A DNA stretch of 64,000 nucleotides from Kofleriaceae bacterium. GTDB taxonomy: Bacteria > Myxococcota_A > Polyangia > Haliangiales > Haliangiaceae. Positions 53,064-62,281 of the stretch are shown here, piece by piece; positions within the stretch are counted from its first letter, which is position 1; every line of letters begins with the position of its first letter. The stretch is taken from NCBI GenBank assembly GCA_965215005.1, contig CBDCCZ010000010.1:96001-160000 (forward strand), written 5' to 3'. Under the pieces are notes generated by a model. That model saw nothing but the letters and a program-made list of their open reading frames with translations. It was not told where the DNA came from and did not search any database. The translations under genes and the position numbers were made by a program.

Positions 53064-54755
53064 ATGTCTACGTCGGCCTCGCAGGCGCGCCCGCCGCTCA
53101 ACGCCGACCGCCTCGCCCGCGACTTGGAGAAGATCCTCGGCCCGCGCCGGGTCTCCATGCGCGACGTCGATCGCGCCACCTACGCGCGCGATATGTGGCC
53201 GCGGCTGCTCTTAACGATTCGCGCCGGCGAGCCGCTGCCGCATCGCCCCGACGCGGTGGTATGGCCTGAAACCACCCGCGAGGTGGCTGCGGTGGTGCGG
53301 GTGGCACGGACGCACGGCCTGCCCATCATCCCCTACGGCGGCGGCAGCGGCGTTTGCGGCGGCGTCGTGCCCCTCTACGGCGGCATCACCGTGGACCTAA
53401 AGCGCATGGACCGGTTCATCTCGGTCGATGGCGACGAGATGGTGTGCGAAGTCGAAGCAGGCGCCAACGGCCAGCGATTCGAACGCGAGCTCGAACGTCG
53501 CGGCTATACCTTCGGCAACTTTCCGTCGTCGATCTATTGCTCCACGGTCGGCGGCTGGTTGGCCACGCGCGCGGCCGGCCAGATGTCCACGAAGTACGGC
53601 AAGGTCGAGGACCGTGTCGTGGGCGTCACCATGGTCACAGGACGCGGCGAGGTGATCACCACCGACGGCTTGGCGCGCGCAAGCCGCGGCCCCAACTGGA
53701 CCCAGCTCCTCGTCGGCAGCGAAGGAACCCTCGGCATCATGACCTCCGCGCGACTTCGGGTTGCCACCGCGCCCGCCTTGCGAGTGCTGCGCGGGTTCGA
53801 GTTCGAGAGCGTAGCAGCGGGCCTCGAGGCGATTCGACGTGTGATGCAAAAGGGCCTGCGGCCGGCCGTGGTGCGTCTTTACGACGAGGTCGATACCTTT
53901 CTCGCCAGCACCAAGAGCGAGCACGACGCGCCGGCGCGGGATCCCGCGCGCTTTGCACCGGTGCCAGCGGCCGCCGAGGGCGCCCTACCGGCAATGCCGC
54001 GGCGACAGCCAGACGGAGGCGGCGCCGTGGCGCGTGCCCTCGCGCTCCTCACCGGCTCGGGCAATTACGGGCTGCGACAAACGCTGCAGCAACGAGCGAT
54101 GGCCGTGATTCTTGGCCAGCCCCGGCTGATCAACAACGTGGCTGGACAGCTCGTGGAGCGGTTCACCAACAAAGGCTGCAAGCTCATCATCGGCGTCGAA
54201 GGCGCGCGCATTCGCACCGAGGTCGAAGCCCAGCTCACACTCGCGGAGCTCGAGCGCGCCGGCGGCAAGGACCTCGGTGAGGAGCCGGGACGACGCTGGC
54301 TCGAGCATCGCTACGCCGTGAGCTATCGAATGTCGCCGGTGTTTCGCGACGGCGCCTTCGTCGACACCATGGAAGTTGCCGCAACGTGGGAGCGACTACT
54401 CGACTTATATGATTCGGTGCGCGAAGCAATCGGGCGCCACGCGCTGGTGATGGCGCACTTCTCTCACGCCTATCAAGAGGGCTGCTCGATCTACTTCACG
54501 TTCGTCGCCTATGGCTCGAGCCGCCACGAGTCCGAGCGCATCTATGATGCGATCTGGCGGGAGGGCTTGGCGGCGACCTCTCGCGTCGGCGGCACCATCA
54601 GTCATCATCACGGCGTCGGCCTGCTCAAGTCGGCACAGATGAGCGCCGAGCACCGCGAAGCGATGACGATCCTGCGAGCGCTCAAGCAGACCTTCGACCC
54701 CGACAACGTGATGAACCCCGGCAAGCTTGGGCTCGCTGCAGGCGCGTATCGATGA
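53064..54755 (+). CDS. FAD-linked oxidase, alkyl-DHAP synthase (AGPS)-like
   Basis: PYGGGSGVCGG, STVGGWLATRAAGQMSTKYG, GSEGTLG, RLYDE, SHHHGVG, MNPGKL. Confidence 0.85.
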   Translation: MSTSASQARPPLNADRLARDLEKILGPRRVSMRDVDRATYARDMWPRLLLTIRAGEPLPHRPDAVVWPETTREVAAVVRVARTHGLPIIPYGGGSGVCGGVVPLYGGITVDLKRMDRFISVDGDEMVCEVEAGANGQRFERELERRGYTFGNFPSSIYCSTVGGWLATRAAGQMSTKYGKVEDRVVGVTMVTGRGEVITTDGLARASRGPNWTQLLVGSEGTLGIMTSARLRVATAPALRVLRGFEFESVAAGLEAIRRVMQKGLRPAVVRLYDEVDTFLASTKSEHDAPARDPARFAPVPAAAEGALPAMPRRQPDGGGAVARALALLTGSGNYGLRQTLQQRAMAVILGQPRLINNVAGQLVERFTNKGCKLIIGVEGARIRTEVEAQLTLAELERAGGKDLGEEPGRRWLEHRYAVSYRMSPVFRDGAFVDTMEVAATWERLLDLYDSVREAIGRHALVMAHFSHAYQEGCSIYFTFVAYGSSRHESERIYDAIWREGLAATSRVGGTISHHHGVGLLKSAQMSAEHREAMTILRALKQTFDPDNVMNPGKLGLAAGAYR

Positions 54756-56086
54756 GCACTCCGCTGCGCAATCAGCCCGATGCCGGGCAGCTCTGGGCCG
54801 AGCTCACCGCCATCGTCGGAACTGCGCACGCCAGCGGCCGTCCCAGCTCGATCGGGCTCCCCGAGCGCGGCAGCACCGCGCCGGCGTGGGTCGTAAGACC
54901 GGGCTCGGCCGCTGAAGTGGCGGAGCTTGTGCGACTTGCAGCGCGCCACCACGTGGCGGTGATTCCAGTGGGAACGATCGCGCGCGCGCCCCAGGAGCGT
55001 CAGCTCGCGGACCGTATGCGGCTGTTCGTCGATTCGCGGCGCATGGACCACGTGCTGCATTTGGACGAGACCTCGCTCATCGTGCACGTGCAAGCGGGGC
55101 TCGCGGGTCTGGCGCTGGAAAAGATCCTCGCGCTCCGCGGCCTGAGCTTGGGCGATTATCCGCCGGCCACCTTGGCCGGCACCATCGGCGGACTACTGGC
55201 GGTGCGAACGCCGGGCAAGGCCTCGGCGCGGCATGGTTTCGTCGAAGATGCGGTTCTCGGACTTTCGGCGGTGCTAGCGGATGGCCGAACGGTTCACACC
55301 CGAGTAGCGCCGCGACGCTCGACCGGTCCCGATCTGGCGCGCGCGCTGTGCGGCAGCGAAGGCACGCTGGGCTTCATCACCTCAGCGGTGCTGCGCATCC
55401 ACCGGCAGCCCGAGGCCAGATTTCTGGCGGCTCATGCACTGCCTGACTTCGCGCGAGCACTCACGGCTGCCAATCTCGCTCTCAAAGAAGAAGCAACGCC
55501 GGCAGCCCTGCGCATCTATGACTATGCCGAAGCGCACTCGCAGCTGGGCAAAGGACCCTGGCGGCCCGGCGAGGCGGTCATGGTGGTAGCGACCGCGGGG
55601 CCCACCGACTTGGCGGCATGCGATCGCGATCTGCTGGCCAGCGCCGCGGTCGTAGAAGGCGGGCGGCCGCTCGCGCGGAGCGTCGCCGAGTCCTGGTGGC
55701 GGCGGCGCATGGGGTATGAAGCGGCGACGGCCAGCTCGATGCCGTCGCTGCAGGTGACCGCGTCTCCGGGTCGGCAGGTGCAAGTGTATCGCGCGGTGCT
55801 CGAGGCGGCCGCCAGTGCCGGGGCCCCGGCGCGAGCTCATGCCTCGCGCTTTGGCCTCGACGGCGCGGTGATGTTCTTTAGCGTTGCAGCGCCCGAGGGC
55901 GGCGCGTCGGAGAATGCAGCGGCTGCGCTCGAGGCCGCCGCGAAGGCCGCTGGCGCCGCTGGCGCCTATCTTCTCGACAACTCGCTCCCCGCCATGGACC
56001 CGTACCTGAGCGACTTGCGCCGTCACCTCGACCCGCACGGGATCATGAATCCGGGGGCGCTCAATCCTCTGCGGGACGCGCCGTAG
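54752..56086 (+). CDS. FAD-binding oxidoreductase paralog lacking the HHHG motif
   Basis: GTIGG, GPDL...GSEGTLG, RIYD, DPHGIMNPG. ATGA overlap with the preceding gene. Confidence 0.8.
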   Translation: MSTPLRNQPDAGQLWAELTAIVGTAHASGRPSSIGLPERGSTAPAWVVRPGSAAEVAELVRLAARHHVAVIPVGTIARAPQERQLADRMRLFVDSRRMDHVLHLDETSLIVHVQAGLAGLALEKILALRGLSLGDYPPATLAGTIGGLLAVRTPGKASARHGFVEDAVLGLSAVLADGRTVHTRVAPRRSTGPDLARALCGSEGTLGFITSAVLRIHRQPEARFLAAHALPDFARALTAANLALKEEATPAALRIYDYAEAHSQLGKGPWRPGEAVMVVATAGPTDLAACDRDLLASAAVVEGGRPLARSVAESWWRRRMGYEAATASSMPSLQVTASPGRQVQVYRAVLEAAASAGAPARAHASRFGLDGAVMFFSVAAPEGGASENAAAALEAAAKAAGAAGAYLLDNSLPAMDPYLSDLRRHLDPHGIMNPGALNPLRDAP

Positions 56087-56118
56087 TCGCCGTAGTCGCC
56101 GCTGTCGGTCGCTCCGCA

Positions 56119-56133
56119 GGGGCCAATGGCCCC
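56119..56133. terminator. GC hairpin after the oxidoreductase pair (possible terminator, no U-tract)
   Basis: GGGGCCAATGGCCCC, 32 nt after the stop at 56086. Confidence 0.3.
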
Positions 56134-56487
56134 GCCGAGCTGGCGACACCCGCCACACTCGAGCAACGCTTCGGAGCGAGAAAGACGACCCGTCGCTTGC
56201 GCGCGCGCAGCTCCGCGTGGTGGAGCACCGAGTCCCAGGCGCGGCGAACGGAAATCAGGTGGTTAGCGGCTGAGGCGGCACGGTCGGTGGCTTGATAGGT
56301 CGCCGGCGCCGGATCCAACCGATGGCTAGGCCGGCTGGCTAACCACCATGGGAGTGGAGTCCCCAGCAATCTTGCCAAAACGGCGGTCTAACGGGCAACT
56401 TCGGTAGAGAATACTAAATGAATTCAAATGCCTAGCCTGCATGGGGTCAAGACCCCCAGGGGCCGGGGGTTTTCTCCCCAAACGGAA

Positions 56488-56531
56488 TTACAGGCCCGTT
56501 ACAACGCCAATACACCCTCAGAACACCCTCG
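56488..56531. promoter_or_regulatory. Four 11-bp-period direct repeats, PhoB/OmpR-box-like
   Basis: TTACAGGCCCG TTACAACGCCA ATACACCCTCA GAACACCCTCG starting at 56488, 56499, 56510 and 56521. Confidence 0.5.
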
Positions 56532-56691
56532 CCAAGCCAACCAGGGATCGCTGAGTTAGCCGCTTCTTGCAACTCGGCATCGCCATTGCAAAGTGGGAGT
56601 ACAGCCTCCGCTGCACGAGATTGAGCCCCACCCGCTGCGTTGACCATTGACACGGGGACCAAACTCGCCGGGAGCCCGTCGGAGCGATCGC

Positions 56692-57393
56692 CTAGTCGCT
56701 CCGGCGGGCGCGATAACCGAAACCTGGCACGGTTTCGATGACATTCGCGCCCTCGCCCAGGTTCTTGCGCAGACGCCGGACGTGGACGTCCACGGTTCGC
56801 GCGCCCGAGCCGCTCTTCATGTCCCAAACCGTGGACAGAAGCTCCTCGCGGGTGAACACGCGGCCCGGCTGCGCCATGAGGGTGATCAGGAGCTTGAACT
56901 CGAGCGGCCGCAGTGCCACCGCCGCGCCGTTTACCCGCACCGCGTGAGTCGACGCATCGACCTCAACCTCCCCACCGCGCAAAACCTCACCTGCAGATGC
57001 CTCGCTCGCACGCCGCCGTTCCCCAACTCGGGATGCCAGCGCCCGGACCCGCAACACCACCTCGCGCACATTGAACGGCTTGACGACGTAGTCATCCGCT
57101 CCGGCCTCGAGACCTTCGATGCGATCCTCGTCGGCGCCTAGCGCCGTGAGCACCACGACCCCGACATCGCCGAGGTCGGGATCGCGACGAATCCGCCGGC
57201 ACACGTCGAGCCCCGACATGTCGGGCAACATCAAGTCGAGCACCACCACCGTTGGCTGCTGCCGCGCGAGCGCTAACAAACCGTCGGCGGCGGTATGCGC
57301 GCTGGCAACTTCAAAACCGTCGTTTTGCAGATTGAACGCCAAGAGCCGACAAACGTCGCGCTCGTCTTCGACAATGAGCACGCGCTCGGGCAT
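56692..57393 (-). CDS. PhoB-like OmpR-family response regulator
   Basis: IVEDE, LDLMLP, GADDYVVKPF, RTVDVHVRRLR, GFGYR. Confidence 0.93.
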   Translation of the reverse strand: MPERVLIVEDERDVCRLLAFNLQNDGFEVASAHTAADGLLALARQQPTVVVLDLMLPDMSGLDVCRRIRRDPDLGDVGVVVLTALGADEDRIEGLEAGADDYVVKPFNVREVVLRVRALASRVGERRRASEASAGEVLRGGEVEVDASTHAVRVNGAAVALRPLEFKLLITLMAQPGRVFTREELLSTVWDMKSGSGARTVDVHVRRLRKNLGEGANVIETVPGFGYRARRSD

Positions 57394-57400
57394 TGCCTCT

Positions 57401-57410
57401 GATTTACCAT
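57401..57410. promoter_or_regulatory. Overlapping divergent -10-like elements (TAAATC on minus, TACCAT on plus)
   Basis: 7 nt upstream of ATG 57393 and 6 nt upstream of GTG 57417; shared TA at 57405-57406. Confidence 0.55.
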
Positions 57411-57416
57411 GATCGC

Positions 57417-58805
57417 GTGAAGCTGTCGTTCCGCTCCAAGCTGCTCGCCTCCTATCTCGCCTTGGTCGCAGCCACCGCCGGCATCACCTATCTGGTCACC
57501 GACCGCTCGCTGTCGCGGCAGCTCGAAGCGCAAGTCGATCGCCGTCTCACCACCCAAGCAGAGGGAGTGTCGCGATGGCTCGCACGCGCGCGACACTTCG
57601 AAAATCTTGCTCCACGGCTGGGTGCCGTCGTTGGCGCTCGAGTGACGTTCTTCGACGCTGGCGGCTTCCCCATTGGCGACTCGCTCTATCCCGGCGATGC
57701 GCTGCCTGCGATGCAGCCCGCCGATACTCAGGAGGTCCAGAGAGCGCGCGCCGGCGACATTGGCCACGCCACCCGCTTTGCCGCCGACGAAGGCCAGCGG
57801 ATGCGGTTTGCCGCCGTGCCCGCGCCGCACGAGATGATCGTCCGCTTGGGCGTGCCTACCGCCGAGCTCGATGATACCCGCGCTGCGTTGCGCCGCCGGC
57901 TGCTGATGTCGTCCTCGGTCGCGCTAGCTATCGCGCTGGCGCTGGCGCTGCTAGTGGCGAACACGGTGGCGCGACCGCTGCGCCGAATGACCGCCGCTGC
58001 CGAGCAACTGGGACGCGGCGATTACGCGTTGCCCGCGCCCTCGCCCTCGCCCGATGAAATCGGCCTGCTCTCCCGCACGCTATCGGCGACAGCGACGCGG
58101 CTGGAGCGGCTCGAGGCAATGCGCCGCGAGTTCTTGGCCAACGTCGCTCACGAGCTGCGCACGCCCGTGACGTCGATCCGCGGCTATGCCGAGACCTTGG
58201 CCTCGGCCGACGTGGACGCTGACACGCGGGCTGAATTTCTGGCTACAATTCACCGCAACTCGCTGCGCATTGCGCGGCTGGTCGACGACCTATTGCAGCT
58301 GCAAGCGCTGGAAGCCGAGGACGCGGGCGTAGGGCCCGCCGTCGAAGCGGTGATCGTTCGCGACGTCGCCGAGCTGGTCAAGCGAACCGTTGGCGGCGCC
58401 GCGGAGGAGCGCGGCTCGAGCATCGTGATCGAGGCGCCTCCTCAGATGACGGCGCAAGCAGATGCCGATCGGCTCGAGCAGATCTTGCAGAACTTGGTCG
58501 AGAACGGCATCAAATACGCGGGTCCAGGCGCCACCATCACGGTAAGGGCCGAGCGTCGCGGGGCGCGGGTGGCCATCTGCGTTGCCGACGATGGGCCAGG
58601 AATTCAGCCTGCCCACTTGCCGCGTTTGTTCGAGCGCTTCTTTCGCATCGATAGCGGTCGCTCGAGCGACTCCGGCGGCACCGGCTTGGGGCTCGCCATC
58701 GTCAAGCATCTGGCTGAGTCCCTGGGCGGCTCGGTGACGGTCGAGAGCGGGGTGGAGCGCGGCACCACCTTCACGGTCAACTTGCCAGCTGGCGGCGCCA
58801 CCTAG
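57417..58805 (+). CDS. PhoR-like HAMP sensor histidine kinase
   Basis: Two TM helices, HAMP, ANVAHELRTPVTSIRGYAETL, FERFFRID, GGTGLGLAIVKH. Confidence 0.92.
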   Translation: MKLSFRSKLLASYLALVAATAGITYLVTDRSLSRQLEAQVDRRLTTQAEGVSRWLARARHFENLAPRLGAVVGARVTFFDAGGFPIGDSLYPGDALPAMQPADTQEVQRARAGDIGHATRFAADEGQRMRFAAVPAPHEMIVRLGVPTAELDDTRAALRRRLLMSSSVALAIALALALLVANTVARPLRRMTAAAEQLGRGDYALPAPSPSPDEIGLLSRTLSATATRLERLEAMRREFLANVAHELRTPVTSIRGYAETLASADVDADTRAEFLATIHRNSLRIARLVDDLLQLQALEAEDAGVGPAVEAVIVRDVAELVKRTVGGAAEERGSSIVIEAPPQMTAQADADRLEQILQNLVENGIKYAGPGATITVRAERRGARVAICVADDGPGIQPAHLPRLFERFFRIDSGRSSDSGGTGLGLAIVKHLAESLGGSVTVESGVERGTTFTVNLPAGGAT

Positions 58806-58818
58806 ATGTCCGAAAAGC

Positions 58819-59106
58819 CTATTCCAGGCTCTGCCACCATCGACGCGCTACTTTTCCCAGCTGCGAGCCAACCTGCCGCACGGTCTTGACGGCGCGATGA
58901 TTGGCAGGTGAGCGCTCGACCTTGGGCCCGACTGCCACGATCGCTGTTAGCCCAATCGCGACGATCGCGTAGCAGTACAACGTGTACGCAGGATAGGCGA
59001 AGGCGACCGCGAACAGCACCGCAGAGGCCGCCGCCGCATACACGCCGCGACGCGAGCCAAAGTAATACGCAGTAACCAACCCGATGATGGCAGCGGCGAG
59101 AATCAC
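58819..59106 (-). CDS. Small membrane protein
   Basis: Three hydrophobic segments; TACACT box 6 nt upstream of the GTG. Confidence 0.6.
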   Translation of the reverse strand: MILAAAIIGLVTAYYFGSRRGVYAAAASAVLFAVAFAYPAYTLYCYAIVAIGLTAIVAVGPKVERSPANHRAVKTVRQVGSQLGKVARRWWQSLE

Positions 59107-59144
59107 CGCGTTAGTGTACGCTCTCCCTCCAGCGAGACAATCCC

Positions 59145-59981
59145 ATGATGACCCTGCTGTTCGCGAGCATCGTCGCGCTCGTATTCGCGTTGCTCTTGCC
59201 GGGCCGGCGCAGCGTCTCCGAAGAGCGCCGTCGTGCGGTGCAGCGGGGGGCGGCGCGCATCGAGGAGGAGATGGCGGCGGTTTACGGTGGCGAGCACGAA
59301 TATCGAGAGGTGTCGCCTGGGGAGTTTCCGCACCTCGATATCGGCTTTTACGACCGCGCCGCCGCTGAGCTAGAACGCTGCGGGTTCCGCCGCATCGCTG
59401 ATATCGAGGACCTCACGCTCAGCCGCGCGCACCCGCACTTGCGCACCTTCATCCGCACCATGCTCGATGAAGCGGGTCTCATTCGGGTTGCCATCGTGCA
59501 TATGCGCCCGCGCGGGCTCCTCGTTTGGCTCCTGCAAGCGGCCCGGCTGGTGCCGCGACACATCAAGCTCGTGGAGTTGGTGACGGAAGCGCCTGCGGGC
59601 AGATTCCTCTCGACCGCTCCGACCAAAGGCGTAGACCACATGACGCCGCCGGCGGAGTTTCTCATTGAGAAGTACCCAATAGATACTCCCATCCGACAAC
59701 TGCTCGAGCGTCATCGCGAGCGCCTTCAAGAGCTCGTTGCCAAAGAGCCGCATCTCACGCCCGTTTACTTGGCAGACCTCGGCGACCTGCTCGCCTCGGT
59801 GCAGCGGGGCAACATCATTCTCTCGCGCTTCCGGCAACAGATCGGCGGCCTCACGCGGGAAGAGCTCGAGCACATCGCTGCGCGTCCGCTCAGCGAGAGC
59901 GATGAGGAGCTCCTGCGCGAGGTCCGCCGCCGGCAACAGGCTCGCGCCGCCGCAGACGAGCCGAGCCCGGAGAGCACCTAG
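59145..59981 (+). CDS. Hypothetical protein with N-terminal membrane anchor
   Basis: 278-aa ORF with protein-like composition and an N-terminal TM segment. Confidence 0.7.
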   Translation: MMTLLFASIVALVFALLLPGRRSVSEERRRAVQRGAARIEEEMAAVYGGEHEYREVSPGEFPHLDIGFYDRAAAELERCGFRRIADIEDLTLSRAHPHLRTFIRTMLDEAGLIRVAIVHMRPRGLLVWLLQAARLVPRHIKLVELVTEAPAGRFLSTAPTKGVDHMTPPAEFLIEKYPIDTPIRQLLERHRERLQELVAKEPHLTPVYLADLGDLLASVQRGNIILSRFRQQIGGLTREELEHIAARPLSESDEELLREVRRRQQARAAADEPSPEST

Positions 59982-61138
59982 GCGCCCGACGCTTGCCCGA
60001 GCGCACGCTCGAGATCGGCCCACACGTCCTCGACCGATTCGATGCCGATGGAGAGCCGCAAGATACCGTCACCGATGCCCGCTTCGCGACGCTCGGCTTC
60101 GCTCAGGGACGCATGGGATGAGCTGGCCGGGTGCGATGCGGTGGTGGTGACGCCCCCGAGACTCGGCGACAACGTGATCAGCTCGAACGCGGCCACCACC
60201 CTTTCGGCAGCGACGCGAGACCCGAGGTCGAAGCTCACGAGTGCACAGCGATCGCTGCTGTAGACGTTCTCGAGCCGCCGGCTGTCACCGAGCCGCGCGT
60301 CGTGAAGGCGCTGCGCGAGCACGGCGGCGCTGCGCCAGGCGTGCTGCATCCGCAGCGCGAGCGTGCGGATCCCGCGAACGGCAAGCCAGGCCTCGAGCGG
60401 CGCGGCGTGCAGTCCCATGCGCCGAATCACGCCACGCGCGGCGTTCACCAGCTCGCTCGCGCCGACCACGGCGCCGGCGCAGAGATCGTGATGACCGCCG
60501 AGAAACTTGGTGGCCGAGTGGATCACCAGGTCGGCACCGCTCGTGATGGGTCGATCGCGCAGCGGCGTCGCGAAGGTGTTGTCGACGATGACCTTGGCGT
60601 TTGCCTGATGTGCCCGATCAACGATTGCAGCGAGGTCGATGCAGCGAAGCAGCGGATTGGACACCGTCTCCACCAGCGCGACCGCTGCGCCATCGATGGC
60701 TCGTGCGAACGCGGCCTGATCGTAGACATCAACGTAGTCAATAGCGACCCCGAGCCGAGCGAGGTCGGCATCGAAGAACCCACGCGTGCCGCCATAGGCG
60801 TCGCGTTGACAGACGATGCGGTCGCCGGCTCGGACAATCGATAGCACCGCCGCCGCAATCGCGCCCATCCCCGAGCCCGTGGCCACGCCAGCGGGCGCCT
60901 CTTCGAGAGCGGCGATGGCCTCGCCGAGCTCGTCGGTATTGGGGACGCCGTAGCGGCGATAGGCATACCCCTGTCCCGCCAACGCCGGCAGCGATTCTTC
61001 GATAGACGCGAAATCGAACACCGACACCTGATACAGCGGCGTCACGTGCGAATGCGGCGCCGCGCCTGCGGTAGGACGACGCGGCAAGCCCGCGTGGGCG
61101 CAGAGAGTATCGAGCTCGAGACGACGGGTCTGAGGCAT
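59978..61138 (-). CDS. PLP-dependent trans-sulfuration enzyme (cystathionine gamma-synthase/lyase family)
   Basis: [45 protein letters not shown]. Confidence 0.93.
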   Translation of the reverse strand: MPQTRRLELDTLCAHAGLPRRPTAGAAPHSHVTPLYQVSVFDFASIEESLPALAGQGYAYRRYGVPNTDELGEAIAALEEAPAGVATGSGMGAIAAAVLSIVRAGDRIVCQRDAYGGTRGFFDADLARLGVAIDYVDVYDQAAFARAIDGAAVALVETVSNPLLRCIDLAAIVDRAHQANAKVIVDNTFATPLRDRPITSGADLVIHSATKFLGGHHDLCAGAVVGASELVNAARGVIRRMGLHAAPLEAWLAVRGIRTLALRMQHAWRSAAVLAQRLHDARLGDSRRLENVYSSDRCALVSFDLGSRVAAERVVAAFELITLSPSLGGVTTTASHPASSSHASLSEAERREAGIGDGILRLSIGIESVEDVWADLERALGQASGA

Positions 61139-61144
61139 GCGCCG

Positions 61145-61154
61145 ATGATATGAT
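61145..61154. promoter_or_regulatory. Overlapping divergent -10 elements (TATCAT on minus, TATGAT on plus)
   Basis: 6 nt upstream of ATG 61138 and 7 nt upstream of GTG 61162; shared TA at 61149-61150. Confidence 0.65.
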
Positions 61155-61161
61155 GACCGCC

Positions 61162-62277
61162 GTGTCCGAGGGCTTTTCATCGGCGAGTGTCGCAAAGCAG
61201 CTGGATTACTGCACCTATTGCCCCAAGATGTGCAGGCATTCGTGTCCCGTCTCGGCGGCAACTGGCAAGGAAACGTACATTCCTCAAGCCAAGATGGATC
61301 GCCTCAACCAGCTGCGAAAAGCCACCGAGCCGTGGTCCCCGGCGAGCGCCGAACCGCTGTGGGCGTGCACCGGCTGTCGGCAGTGCACGACGTATTGCAA
61401 TCACGGAAATGAGCCCGGCCTGGTGCTGTTTAGCGGCCGTGCCGCGGCGACCTCCCGCGGCGCCGGTCATCCCAATCTCGCCAGCTATCCCGATCGGTTT
61501 CGCAACCGAGAAGATCGGCTGGTCGAACAGGCCCGGGCGGCGTTCGAGCCGGCTTGCTTCAGCGCTGACGCCGAAGTGGGTTTCTGGCCCGGATGCGATG
61601 GCATCGATAAAGGTCTCGATGACGTGCGCGCGAGTCTCGAGCTGTTTGCGCGGATCGGCGAGCAAGACGTACGGCTCGTCGATGCGCGGCAAGCCTGCGC
61701 CGGCTATCCGCTGTTGGCGGCGGGGTATCCCGACATGTTTCGCTGGCACGCCGGCAAGGTCGCAACGGCGCTGAAGCGATTTCGCACGGTCGTCATCAAC
61801 TGCTCCGCGTGCCTTTACACCATGCGCGCGCAGTACCCCGCCGAAGGCGTGACGTTGGTCCCTTCGGTGGTCTCCCTGGCCGAGTTTCTGGCTCGAGCGG
61901 CGATCCGGCTACCCGACATCGAGCGCAAGCCGGTGGTCTACTACCACGATCCCTGTTATCTGGCCCGCTACGAAGGCGTTCTCGAAGAACCCCGACGGGT
62001 CTTACGCCAAGTGGCCGAGGTGCGCGAGCTGGCTTGGTCTGGCACCGATACCGAGTGCTGCGGCGGCGCGGGCGTTTTGCCCAAGACCATGCCGGACGTC
62101 GCCGATGCGATGGCGCGTCGCCGCCTCGAAGAGGTTGCAACGCACGGCGGCGGCACCGTGGTGACCTCGTGCGCCACGTGCGCATTCATGCTGCGACGCA
62201 ACGCTCCCAGCGGCGTCGAGGTCAAAGACCTGCCCACCGCGGTGATCGACCTCGTCCGCAACCTCGCCACCGCGTGA
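61162..62277 (+). CDS. (Fe-S)-binding CCG-domain protein (GlpC/GlcF/HdrD-like)
   Basis: [33 protein letters not shown]. Confidence 0.88.
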   Translation: MSEGFSSASVAKQLDYCTYCPKMCRHSCPVSAATGKETYIPQAKMDRLNQLRKATEPWSPASAEPLWACTGCRQCTTYCNHGNEPGLVLFSGRAAATSRGAGHPNLASYPDRFRNREDRLVEQARAAFEPACFSADAEVGFWPGCDGIDKGLDDVRASLELFARIGEQDVRLVDARQACAGYPLLAAGYPDMFRWHAGKVATALKRFRTVVINCSACLYTMRAQYPAEGVTLVPSVVSLAEFLARAAIRLPDIERKPVVYYHDPCYLARYEGVLEEPRRVLRQVAEVRELAWSGTDTECCGGAGVLPKTMPDVADAMARRRLEEVATHGGGTVVTSCATCAFMLRRNAPSGVEVKDLPTAVIDLVRNLATA

Positions 62278-62281
62278 TTTC

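Noticed and set aside
56222..56365. Retron msr/msd interpretation of the long hairpin
   Set aside because: No reverse transcriptase gene in the window.
56061..56827. ORFs 56061..56378 and 56447..56827 as proteins
   Set aside because: They overlap neighbouring genes and show no recognisable motifs or convincing starts.
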